A stretch of DNA of 64,000 bases from assembly GCA_003056285.1 (NCBI GenBank), contig NDWU01000005.1, positions 4,873-68,872 of the forward strand, given 5' to 3'. Origin of the DNA: Candidatus Terraquivivens tikiterensis. Its GTDB lineage: Archaea; Thermoproteota; Nitrososphaeria_A; Caldarchaeales; Wolframiiraptoraceae. The position numbers and the translations under genes were made by a program. The notes beneath the pieces are model-generated. The model saw only the letters and a program-made list of their open reading frames with translations. It was not told the origin of the DNA and did no database searches. Below, piece by piece: positions 28,506-38,820 of this stretch; within the stretch, counting starts at the first letter, position 1; each line of letters opens with the position of its first letter.

Positions 28506-29333
28506 TTATTTTTCTGTTTTCGGCAAACCTGGCCTAATAAGGAAGTCGTAGAAGTAGGCAGCGGCGACACCACCAACCATTGTGGAAATAGTTGGTATCC
28601 AACAATCGAAGCCTCTGGGACCTGGAAAAGCTATTTTGCCCCATCCCATTAGGTAAGCCCATATTCTAGGGCCTAAATCTCGAACTGGGCCAATTGTACA
28701 CATGGCAATAGGCGCCTCAGCTACAATCACTATGGCAACTGCAAGTCCAATGATGAACGCTGCACCTAAGCCACCTGGTCGTGCAGGGTTCCTTTCGTCG
28801 GTCATACCAAAGATTATTAGCACCACCACGAAGGCCATTGCAGCTTCTGCAAAGAACCACAGCGCTGGAGATATGATCTCGTAGGGCCAGCCTATTGCTG
28901 CCCTAAACGCTGGGTTTGGACCATTAGTGAAGAAAAACATTCCGGTGAGTTCACTGCCTAACTCTCCACGCACTATGCCTTTTGCTGCCTCAAAATATTT
29001 AATGTATGGTTCCCATATATAGTATACTAGTACTCCACCGCCTACTAGCGCGCCTATCAATTGAGAGATCATGTATGCAATTCCATCTTTCACAGGCATC
29101 TTTCTACGCAGAATCATTGCTGTTGTTACCTGCCAGTTAAGGTGTGCACCTGAAATACCCCCAACCAAATAAACGGCAAACGCCACCGCTATTCCCCAAA
29201 TCATCCCAATGGACCATAGATTGTAACCACCCAACGCTACTCCAATGACTACGCTAGAGTTTCCAATGAGCATCACAAGAGCTATTCCAACGAATTCAGC
29301 AAAGCATTTTTTTCCTAAATCCTTCCACCCCAA
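28506..29333 (-). CDS. MIP-family channel (aquaglyceroporin-like) with non-canonical NPA boxes
   Basis: 275 aa, six-TM MIP layout. ISGAHLNWQVT replaces ISGAHLNPAVT, and TIGPVRDLGPR replaces NPARDLGPR. Confidence 0.85.
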   Translation of the reverse strand: MGWKDLGKKCFAEFVGIALVMLIGNSSVVIGVALGGYNLWSIGMIWGIAVAFAVYLVGGISGAHLNWQVTTAMILRRKMPVKDGIAYMISQLIGALVGGGVLVYYIWEPYIKYFEAAKGIVRGELGSELTGMFFFTNGPNPAFRAAIGWPYEIISPALWFFAEAAMAFVVVLIIFGMTDERNPARPGGLGAAFIIGLAVAIVIVAEAPIAMCTIGPVRDLGPRIWAYLMGWGKIAFPGPRGFDCWIPTISTMVGGVAAAYFYDFLIRPGLPKTEK

Positions 29334-29917
29334 CTCAAAGCCCTCCTTTTTTTTTAAAAAAATATTACGAATTAGATATAAAAGGTTTTCGGTTGATTGA
29401 ACGCTGCTATCGTGGCGGCATCTATGCCACCTAAAGCATCCTCCACGCTCTCCTTGGTTATCTCCATGTAGCGGTAAACCACGCCATAGGGTGCAGTGAC
29501 CGCAGGGCTGGCAACCTCTTGAAGGGTTATCTTGGCCCCACCAACCTCACGCGAGGACCTTATCTCAAGCGATGTTATTGCCGAGCCCTCGACCCCAGGT
29601 CAGCATCAGCTTTCGAGAAGGTCATCAGAACAATATTATTTTTACCTCCATACTTGCATTTATACACTTCGATGCCGACCAACACCAACAACTTACGTAG
29701 TTAAGAGCAAAATATTATTCGAGCTCTGAGTTCCATACGTCTTCGTCCAATAGAGTGGGGTAGAACTCTAGCCCATTCTTGAGGCGCTTATGAATCTAAG
29801 CTAATGGCAATATTCGCTCCTGTTTTATTAAAGCTTGTTAATGAGTAAGCGATAGAGGTTTTGCGGTTTTCAGACCAAAAAAAGAGCTTGGATAAGGCTA
29901 ATTTTAGGCTCTGGATA

Positions 29918-29940
29918 TGGTGCGGGGGTGGGATTTCAAC
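29918..29940 (-). other. tRNA 3'-end fragment (att-like remnant)
   Basis: The minus strand reads GTTGAAATCCCACCCCCGCACCA. The 3' end of tRNA-Leu at 20521-20541 reads GTTCAAATCCCACCCCCCGCA. No 5' half is present. Confidence 0.5.
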
Positions 29941-30546
29941 ATCAATTTACTAGTAAAATTGAACGAACCAAATAGATATTGTTGCGTGTGCGCCGCCGCT
30001 TCGCCTAGTTTTTGAGAGGCACCTCAACAACAAATACTTCGCAAGGAGCTTTATCGACAACGTCGCACCACTGCTGCAAGCCAAACAAAACAAACCGGTT
30101 GCTGTTCATTAGAGCCTAAAGCAGCGAAGCTCACCATAACTATTAAAACAGCCATCGCTGGAGCAAAGTAAACAAGTTTTTCATATTCACCCTCTTAAGA
30201 AATAAAATCTGTTCTGCAAAATACTTCTATAACAAAACGTTCTACTAGAATAAGTCATAAATCGCATCGTAGAATACGATGGAATACCACCGCCACTCTT
30301 TCTTTTTCTATTTCCAAGAAATAAAACAAGTTTACTCTCATTTTCGGTTATGGCAACAAAAAGAACATTTTTTCCCAGCCATTTTTTAATAAGTTTAATT
30401 ATTTATTTGGCAAGCGAGAAACTATGTTTTAAAACCGTAGCTCTCTAAGAAAGGGCTTTTTACTTCGATGCCGCCAAATTCTGGTATACAAAAGATTCAA
30501 CAAAAATCGTACACTATAAAAAAAGGAAGATTTTGGTATTTCCCTT

Positions 30547-31362
30547 TTACTTCCATGGGTCAAAAACGTGTTTTACTCCCTCAGCCCGGATGCATGATTC
30601 TATTGCACTCATTCCCTCTTCAAGAGCGTGTTTGTGGGTTATCATCTTAGCATACTTCCTTTGCAGATCCTTGTCCTTCTTCAACATCCTTACGGCCAGG
30701 TCTATTGTGGAGAATGGATATGCCCATCCAGAACAAATGATCAGTTCTCTAGAGCAGAATTCATGGGGGTCGATAGTGAATGTTCCAGTTGTCTTATAAA
30801 CGTAAGCTCCAGTTTCAATGAAAATTGCCCCAGGTCTGCACATCTTTATACCTTCTGGGATTACATCGTTTGCGTTTCTTCCTGTACAATCAAATAGTAG
30901 GTCCACTCCCCATGCGCTTCCAAGGTCTGGTCTCGGTTTCCTCAAAGTTATGTCCTTTATCATATTTTCTCTTTCGGTAGGTGTAGTTTTTGCAAAATTA
31001 ATTGTGTAATCAGCGCCATTTTCCTTGGCAACTTCCAGCCTATGATCCTTTAGATCCACCATTATCACTGTTGATAGTGGTAGGTGACGTTTTACGTTAA
31101 GAAGGACAGCATTGCCAATTGGTCCAGCGCCATATATCAAAACCACAGCATCTCCTAGCTCGAACTCTCTAGTAAAGCTAGATACCGCTGCCAACGTCAG
31201 AGCTCTATTAACTTGTCTAAGCCCAACAACGTTTATTTCGGCAAATGTTGTGGCTTCAGGTGAAATTTCACTCATATCCCAGATGTGGGTGTAAGGTTCA
31301 AGGATCACATATTGAGCCCATGCACCACGCGGTCCCATTTCAACTGGAAAGCTGAAATGCAA
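30547..31362 (-). pseudogene. Medium-chain (zinc-type) alcohol dehydrogenase lacking its N-terminal catalytic domain
   Basis: Rossmann GAGPIGNAV and the C-terminal part are present. About 90 N-terminal residues with the catalytic zinc ligands are missing. The 5' end abuts the MoxR-like fragment. Confidence 0.6.
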
Positions 31363-31803
31363 AAATTGTGCCGAGGATGTAACGAGAAAGAGAACATTTG
31401 TTCACGAGTAGCGATCAGCAAACCTAGGTTTATACGAGCTACTGTATTACTAGCAAAGGCGATTGCCTGGTTTAATAAGAGAAATTTTGTGGACGTTAGT
31501 GATGTGCGAGAAGCTATAAAGTATACGCTACCACACCGGCTTGTATTTCTAAAACGAGAAAGAAGTATTCAAGAAGCATTTAGTTATGTAAACAGGTTAG
31601 TTGCAATGTTTGATGAAGAGTATGAGAACTGGAAAAGCAGAGGAATATTTCAAACACTAGAAGCCATTTCAGCAAATGCCAGATCTGGTAGCGAAAAGCA
31701 ACCCGTAAAAGAGGTAGTTGATAAACTTCTGGCTGAAACTCAGGAGTGCTTGCCGATTAACAAATATGTTATTGAAAATATTAGAAATCTTGGGCTTCTT
31801 TAA
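31360..31803 (+). pseudogene. MoxR/ChlI-type AAA+ ATPase, C-terminal lid fragment only
   Basis: ..PRFIRATVLLAKAIAWFNKRNFVDVSDVREAIKYTLPHRLVFL matches the AAA+ lid consensus (SPRA..L..AA.A.A...GR..V...DV..A...VL.HRL). No Walker A or B motif lies upstream. Confidence 0.5.
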
Positions 31804-31978
31804 TTGCTTCGAAGGCAATCACCCCCTTATAAAAATATAGCTCTAAGCAACCGGAAGGTGCTTAAAGACGGAGGCGCGGCGCCAAACATTATTCAGAAAC
31901 AGCCTTTCATAAACTCATGTGCACAAATAGCAATATGATTTAGAGTGAAATTGCACACACTTAATGCTTTTTATTCGT

Positions 31979-33946
31979 TTAGTTAAGGTAAATCTTTAAT
32001 ATTTTCACATTATAGCCCGAAAATATATTCTTGACTTTACGCTGTTGTTCACGTTTAAGGTCTTCAACCTGAACAGGTGCATCTGCACGTGGAGAACTCG
32101 GAAAAAGCAATATTTTGAAAGAGTTGGTTACCCTACCTATCTTTTTTATTTGTTCCTTAGTTTTTTCTATATCGGCCAAGTCCATATCGCTTATGATTAT
32201 CAGATTACTATTCTTATATTCATTGCTAGTGTATAATGCTAGAGCCTTAGATAAGGTTGTTCCTCCAGCAAATAGACCTGGGGTAAACGTTAGGTTAAAA
32301 AAAGTATCTAACTTACTGGCAGGTATTCTAGCAGCAGTGTCGGAAAAAACTGCTAGGTTGAACTCTATATCCAAACGTTTACATAATTGATAAATTCTTT
32401 CAACTATTAGTAATGCTTTACCTATCTTTGTCCTCGGCGTCGATTTAGGCATCCCTGCGTAAGGCAATCTGTTAATGGAACCCTCTGCAAACATACTGCC
32501 AGAGATGTCCAGAAAAACAATAAACCTTGAACCCCTCAACATTTCCTTGTCATCCGATTTGGCAAAATCGTATTCTTTAACCTGAAGACTAAATCCAGGT
32601 ATCCATCTCAAGTCTTCAATTCCTAGCGCCTTTACTTCTGAAGAGGTTATATCCACATCCTTAAATTGATCACCCATTCTCCATGGGATAGTGGATATCT
32701 TGTACTTCTCTCCACTAGATAATCTCCTATCGTTACTATAAACTATATCGCGTAGTATGAAATCGTAGATTTTAACGAGTTCATCTTCATCTATGTCACT
32801 TTCCTTAGCGACCTTAATGTTGGGGTTCCTTATTCCACTATCAGAGGCTCCCGTAGCGATACCTAGAAGGTTCTCAATTTCCTGTTTCTGCCCCTCAAGG
32901 TTGAGGTTAAGTTCTTTTGGTGCAAGAATGTTAATCGGAGAAAGATTTATATCCACAACCGATTCCCACCCGCACTTGCAACATCGAATCCTGACTTTCA
33001 GGCAGGAACCCTCCTTTAAAACGATCCAACTACCTGTATTTTCATCTTGGTACGCAATTATCTCAAATTCTTCATTTCCACACCGTGGGCATTTAGGTAT
33101 GTTCTTCTGATTAACCCCATTTCCTTTAGTTCTTTTTTCTTCATCCATCTTTTTTAAGTATTTATGAATTATCTTAGTTAGTTCTTTTAAAGCAAATGCT
33201 TTGCTTATCTCACCTTTTCTGGTCTTATTAATAAGAGTCGCTATTTTTTCTGAATCTGACTCTATATCAGCAACATTCAGATACATTTTTTGTAAATTAG
33301 GTATCAATTTTGGATACACGGCCAAGTACAAAAGGCGAATATAGTTAATCTTCGACGGCCACCTGCTACTAAGAAATGCGGCATCTGAATGCAAGTAATG
33401 CCATATTTTACTCCACAAATCATTATAGTTATAATATAAATAAAGATTAATTAAATAACGTCCCAAAATATCTGCCGCAAACGCAAACTCATTGAGGGTA
33501 TATTCAAAACCTCTCCAATCATATGCACCATATAGCGAATTTGTTTTCTTGGGTTTGAAGGACAATTCTTTAGCCAACATTCTTCTCGCAGTTAGTATAT
33601 CCTTCCGTAATCTATGTTTATCCTTTGGATATAAACACCAACGCAGTAGTTCATGCATTATTACCGCCTCCGTAAAAGTTTTTCCTCTCCAAACAGGGGT
33701 CAGAATTTTAAGAACACCAACATCGCTTTCGTATCTTTCTTCAGGGTGGACATGAAAAACCAAACGCATTCTGGGACTGATGGGATTACATATTCTTCTA
33801 CACCTAGTTAGACTATCTTTTATTTCTTGTCTTACTTGGGCAACTTTATCTGGAGTTATGAGAACAAATTCTTCGAAATCTAACATCTCAATACCAAATG
33901 TCTTTTCATCAACATCATACTTATATTTATTGCTCTTATTAAACAT
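31979..33946 (-). CDS. vWA-domain protein with central zinc ribbon and N-terminal degenerate metallopeptidase-like (DUF2201_N-like) domain
   Basis: 655 aa. C-terminal MIDAS motif FLDISGSM, central CPRCG...CCKCG ribbon, and N-terminal VIMHELLRW plus FAADILGRYLIN blocks. Strongly AT-rich codon usage. Confidence 0.7.
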   Translation of the reverse strand: MFNKSNKYKYDVDEKTFGIEMLDFEEFVLITPDKVAQVRQEIKDSLTRCRRICNPISPRMRLVFHVHPEERYESDVGVLKILTPVWRGKTFTEAVIMHELLRWCLYPKDKHRLRKDILTARRMLAKELSFKPKKTNSLYGAYDWRGFEYTLNEFAFAADILGRYLINLYLYYNYNDLWSKIWHYLHSDAAFLSSRWPSKINYIRLLYLAVYPKLIPNLQKMYLNVADIESDSEKIATLINKTRKGEISKAFALKELTKIIHKYLKKMDEEKRTKGNGVNQKNIPKCPRCGNEEFEIIAYQDENTGSWIVLKEGSCLKVRIRCCKCGWESVVDINLSPINILAPKELNLNLEGQKQEIENLLGIATGASDSGIRNPNIKVAKESDIDEDELVKIYDFILRDIVYSNDRRLSSGEKYKISTIPWRMGDQFKDVDITSSEVKALGIEDLRWIPGFSLQVKEYDFAKSDDKEMLRGSRFIVFLDISGSMFAEGSINRLPYAGMPKSTPRTKIGKALLIVERIYQLCKRLDIEFNLAVFSDTAARIPASKLDTFFNLTFTPGLFAGGTTLSKALALYTSNEYKNSNLIIISDMDLADIEKTKEQIKKIGRVTNSFKILLFPSSPRADAPVQVEDLKREQQRKVKNIFSGYNVKILKIYLN

Positions 33947-34450
33947 TATAGATACTTAATTGCCGCATTCCTTGAGGACTCCGGGCTAACACCTTCAAGA
34001 TGTTAGCTTCGCCATGGTCGCCAACTACGGAGGTTTTAACAAAAACCAGCTTGAAGGCGCAGATCAATTGGGCCGCGCGACCTATCCGAACTCTTTGAAA
34101 ACTTAGGAGAAATGCCTATGCTTCAATAGAAGCCTCTGTCAAGATAGTTGCAGAGAAGCTAAACAAGCTACTGCACTCAGGTAAGGCTACACTCCTGGGC
34201 AAGGTGACAGTTTTGGAGGCAAGACCATGATGGACAAGCTTTTCGGGTCGCTACCCAGGTAACGTGAGGGGCTTTTCAAACTTTACCCGCCTAAAGCCTA
34301 GTTCCCAGAGGTATCTTGCTACGATAATTTTTATTACTAGCTGAGCTTCGTTGCCTCGCTTTGGCTTTTGCGGTAGACTTCCTGTAGCTCCTGGTGGGGA
34401 GGTCATTCTCATAGACTTTCCTAGAGGTGAGACCTTAAAAGAATGGCATA

Positions 34451-34579
34451 ATGATGGGTATCCTATTGAGAAGAGACGCCAAGGGACACCGCTACCTAGA
34501 AGAGGAAGATGTTATAAATTTTCTAAGAAACGAATTTAAGCGTAGCGACTTAACGCTATGCTCTTACTGGACCATTTGA
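34451..34579 (+). CDS. Possible small excisionase/MerR-like HTH protein (42 aa)
   Basis: Own translation: MMGILLRRDAKGHRYLEEEDVINFLRNEFKRSDLTLCSYWTI. The RYL.EEDV..FL segment resembles excisionase-type HTH proteins. Weak support. Confidence 0.2.
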   Translation: MMGILLRRDAKGHRYLEEEDVINFLRNEFKRSDLTLCSYWTI

Positions 34580-35559
34580 CGTGCATGTCAGGATGTTGCC
34601 AAATTCTATGTTTAACATTAATCATTATTATTGAAGTCTGTGTGGTGAAGTATTTTGCGTATAATAAACATAAAAACATTAATTTCGTGCGCATAAGTTT
34701 CGAGGGTTCAAAACGTGTGTATAAACCTAACCCCGCACCATGATTCAATTTTCAGGTCTCTCTAGGATAGCCTTCGCTCTTCTCCAGGCTTCCATCCCTA
34801 TGTATTCCATAAGCTATTGAACGCTCTGGAATTCCCATCCCACACCATCACCTTAATCCTTTCGAGCCAGTATGACCTTAAGGTGGATGCCTTGATAGAA
34901 TTTCTTCAACCTTCTTCTGAATAATTTTAGGCTTTCCTCAACTTCACCCGATCCTTACGATTCGTCATGTCAATGAGGACCCCTTAAAGATCTTGAGGCG
35001 GCTCGTGTAGGCCACAACGAAACCAAGATACGAAGTTAACGAAGCTATGCGTAAGCGCCATGGATTGAGACGCATTTTCTTCAGACAGCCTTACGGATCT
35101 CGTGCGGCTGGACGGAAAACTGGCAAAACTAGCTTTCATGGTTTGATGAGGAAACAGCCGACTATGCTGAGCTAGAATGCTTGCTGGGTAATCCTGACAT
35201 GTGGCCCACCATTCTTCTCGCAAGCAGTTCCTTTCAACAGCTTGTAGACCCGATTAAAACCGGAAAACTGCTGTTTGAACTCTCCAAACTGGGATATGCA
35301 TAGAAGGGAAACGAAAGGACACATGCTCGGCTCGCTGAGGCCGATTCTTTTATTTGTTACGTTTATGGAAGGTACGGTGAGAACGGCTTCCACAAGTTAC
35401 TCTCGGAGTACAGTAGCTTGTCCCCCGGGATGCTATGGGGAAAGCGTTTCCTTTACTTTGCTGAACCAATACCCGGTACAGTAACCATCTCTGCTTAGCC
35501 ACCTGCAGCCGTTACGGTCATCCCTTACTCTTCCCTCAACGCTGAGGTGTATCAAATCT

Positions 35560-36172
35560 ATGCTTTGGGCTATTCTATCAATCCTTCTCGAGAAGCTATT
35601 CCTAAGGTCTTCAAGCGTTCTTAGGCTGGATACGGAGGACTCGAGGCTTGCTATAGCTAATGCCTCTAGGGAGGCTGTTAGGATTTGGAGACATAAGTTC
35701 TCTAAGCTGTATAATCCATCGAAGAAGCATAGGAGGCTTGTAGCTGTGGATGAGGCCGTTGTTAAGGTGAATGGGTATAGGTGCTATCTGTGGGCTGCCA
35801 TAGACGTAGATTCCAGGAGGTTCTAGCCGTATACGTGTCTAAGGGCGGGTCCATGCTAAACGCATTAACATTCCTAAAGAAGGTCTTGAAGGTCTGTGAG
35901 AACAAGCCCGTGATAGTGGTTGACAGAGGCCCATGGTATCCATACGCATTGAAGAGGCTAGGCCTAGGATACTTCCACGAGACGTTTGGTGAGAGGAACA
36001 GGATAGAGAGATGGTTCAAAAAGCTAAAGGAGAGAACAAAGAGATTCTACAACAACATAAACACAAAATCAATAAAGAACGTAGAAGAGACAGCAAAAGC
36101 AATAACACTACTACATAACATAATCACACAGACCAGAAGCCTAGGAGGAGTAATACTAACTTGACAGTATCA
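35560..36172 (+). mobile_element. IS6-family-like DDE transposase gene, frameshifted near 35815
   Basis: AVDEAVVKVNGYRCYLWAAIDVDS, then a frame change, then EVLAVYVSKGGS...VDRGPWYPYALKRLGLGYFHETFGERNRIERWFKKLKERTKRFYNN. The terminal block GGAGGAGTAATACTAACTTGACAGTATCA (36144-36172) is shared with 38121-38149. Confidence 0.65.
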
Positions 36173-36289
36173 GAACCCAGAAGTTTTTGAATTTAACCGC
36201 ATTTAATGTTAAGATTTAGCATTTCATGAAAGACTTGCGATTAGCTTTTCTGCTTCGTCTTTGTCCTCCATGTTGTATGCTTCGAGTCC

Positions 36290-36724
36290 TTATTCTTTTG
36301 CAGCTTTTAGCAGGAATTGGTCCGTTGCCACGAATATTGAGCATAGCCCTAATATGGCGGAAAATAGGTGGAGAGCATCACCTGCAGACAAGTGTTTTTC
36401 GACGACGTAGCGGAGAGAGTTGCTAACATTCTCCTGCGTTACTGGTATTATTACGAGTTTTCCTTCAGCTGCTAATCTACTGGTTTCGGCTAAAATGGTT
36501 GCTATTGCTTGGTTCCTCTCCTGGAGCGTAGTCTCTCTTCTTCTAAACTTCCTATCCAGGGCGGCTATAGCCTCGTTTATCGCCCAATAAGACATCACTA
36601 TTGATACTCTGCCTTCTTCACATAACTCTAGAAGTTTATCTACAGCCTCTGAGGAGGGTTCGGGGCTAAAATGCTTAACGTAGGCTGAGGTGTCAAGATA
36701 TATCCTCTTCAAGCTATTCTTCAC
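36290..36724 (-). CDS. vapC: PIN-domain toxin VapC
   Basis: N-terminal IYLDTSAYV and C-terminal FVATDQF acidic residues. 144 aa. Overlaps the upstream antitoxin gene by 11 nt. Confidence 0.8.
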   Translation of the reverse strand: MKNSLKRIYLDTSAYVKHFSPEPSSEAVDKLLELCEEGRVSIVMSYWAINEAIAALDRKFRRRETTLQERNQAIATILAETSRLAAEGKLVIIPVTQENVSNSLRYVVEKHLSAGDALHLFSAILGLCSIFVATDQFLLKAAKE

Positions 36725-36935
36725 GCATCTCTAGTATGACCTTTGATAGGGGCGTTCCCTTAGCTAGGCTTCTTCTGGTCTCTTCTAGGTTAGCCTTGGT
36801 TAGGTCTATCCCCAGCCTAGATGCTAGGCTTGATATCTGTGAGCTGGCCTGCTCAGGAGTTAGGGCATAAACCCAAGCTTTAATAAACCTCTCCGCAGCC
36901 CTCTCTAACCCTCCCTTATCCACAGAGCTAGGCAC
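36714..36935 (-). CDS. vapB: VapB-like antitoxin
   Basis: 73-aa ORF translationally coupled to vapC. The fold was not identifiable by eye. Confidence 0.5.
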   Translation of the reverse strand: MPSSVDKGGLERAAERFIKAWVYALTPEQASSQISSLASRLGIDLTKANLEETRRSLAKGTPLSKVILEMREE

Positions 36936-37856
36936 CGAGCTACACCAATAATCAACATTAGACTAGCTGCTTAAATAGTTATAGACAACAAGAAATATGA
37001 GACTATTTGAACTCATAGTTTTTAAGAGATAATTATAATAGTGAATTCTCTTATTTTACATGCCCCGGGGTATCGATCATGTTAATTACGTATGGTTTTC
37101 CATTCATCTTGTAATACAATGATATGTTTGCGGCCTTAATCGTTATCTGCCTCTACTGTTCCTCCTCCAAGCAGTGAAATAAGACCTATAATCAGCGGAC
37201 ATATCTCTCCAAGGACAACCAGCAGTAACGACATACAGAACTCCGTTAACAAAAAGTGCTATCAGCTCTTTTAATTATCCTCATCCTCGGTTAAATCCAA
37301 GACTATATCTATACTGTCTTCAGGGTCCTTTGTTTTTTGGTTTGAGTACTCTGTTTTTGATTTTGTTTTATTGTTTTTTTGTATGTTTTGGATGGCGGGT
37401 TAGCTGGTTTTTTGCAACCTTCCCTTAAAAACTATCTCAATTATTTTTAATGTTGTTGTAAGGAGGGCTAAGGTGGTAGCTACTCCTATTATGAGGTAAG
37501 GCATTAGAATGGCCATTAGGACCATGCCTGGTACTATCATGATTTTTTCTAGTGAATCTGTGAAAAACCTTCCATCCCCATCCAGTAGAGCATGTATGCT
37601 GCAAAAACAATGGCTATTGCGAGGGGCACAACATAATGTAAGTACTCAATCACCCTCCCTACCCCTCCTGAATATTACGATTATTACTGCTATGGCTATA
37701 AGTATCAGCGTCAGCAGTACGAGGATTTTCCTCCTGTTAACCCAAAGGAAGGCTATTAGACGGTTTACTGTTTCGGCCACTTCATCTAGGTCAGGCATTC
37801 CCACCACCTCGAGTAAATATTCCAATCGTTTTCACAACGGCCCTGTAAATCAGGTA

Positions 37857-38149
37857 GGCCATAGACGTATACGCTTCTAGGGGCAGGCCAGTTCTTAACG
37901 CATTAACGTTCCTGAAGATGGTGTTGAAGGCTTGCAAGAACAAGCCTTTAGCGGTGGTTGATAGGTGTACGTGGCATCTTTGGGCTTTGAGGAGTCCAGC
38001 CTGGAGTATATTCACGAGATGTTCGGCAACAACATGAATGCAAAGACAGTAAAGGGCATAGAAGAGATAACAACAGCAATAGCAATACTACACAACATAA
38101 TCACACAGAACATAAAACAAGGAGGCGTAATACTAACTTGACAGTATCA
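37857..38149 (+). mobile_element. Second, internally deleted 3' copy of the IS6-like element
   Basis: Aligns with 35795-36172 (GCCATAGACGTA.., LNALTFLK-type segment, ..ILHNIITQ..GGVILT and an identical terminal 29-mer) with deletions. Confidence 0.55.
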
Positions 38150-38580
38150 CCAGTATTGTGGAGGATGCGTTTTCCTGATTATTCTTTTTGGGTCTGCTTT
38201 TAGGGAATATAGCCCTTCTCCTATGTCTTCTAAAATTATTCCTAGTTTTCCCGCAAGTTTATCACTTATTAGGACTTCTTCCTCCATCTCAGAGATCGTT
38301 ATGTCGGCAAGCTCTTCTTGCGTCTCCATATCCTCCTCAACAACAGATACTTTCACAGCATCTGGGACGAGGTAATTTCTAACCACTCCTCCCGGAGTTC
38401 CGTAGATCATTATCTTTGCTTGAGGTAGCATGTCTGGCCATATTCCCAGATTCTCGGCTAGCTTCCTTGGAAGTAAGAGTTGGGGGTGATTGTTTCAAAC
38501 CCTGAATTGACTAAGGCCACAACGTCACGGATTTCTCCAGTTTTCACCAGCTTAACCCTCAACTTCACCCTTACTGCCAT
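38147..38580 (-). pseudogene. Retropepsin-like aspartyl protease homolog, frameshifted
   Basis: MAVRVKLRVKLVKTGEIRDVVALVNSGFE.. continues after a frame change at the C5 run (38482-38486) into ..LLLPRKLAENLGIWPDMLPQAKIMIYGTPGG... NSG replaces the catalytic D(T/S)G. Confidence 0.45.
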
Positions 38581-38820
38581 ACTTCTCCCTCAGCCTAAGC
38601 TCACGAATACGTCCTATCCTCTGCATAAGCCATAGCTGATAGATGTGCCCTATCCTTTGACGCATGGTTATACCTCTAATAGATCAGACAACATATGGGT
38701 TTAAAAGTATTGCATGTTCGGATCGATTTATTAAGCTGAGTTTACAAGATCACTACAAAGGTTAGCTCAAAGGTTTCGGAAACTCTATCAGGTTAAATTA
38801 TGGTAGAGTATTCTCTTACC

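Noticed and set aside
37509-37880. 123-aa plus-strand ORF and short hydrophobic minus-strand ORFs between vapB and the second IS6-like copy
   Set aside because: The plus ORF is Ser/Thr/Ile-rich low-complexity sequence. The minus-strand hydrophobic peptides (for example the 50 aa starting at 37797) are interrupted by stops. Evidence is insufficient to call genes.
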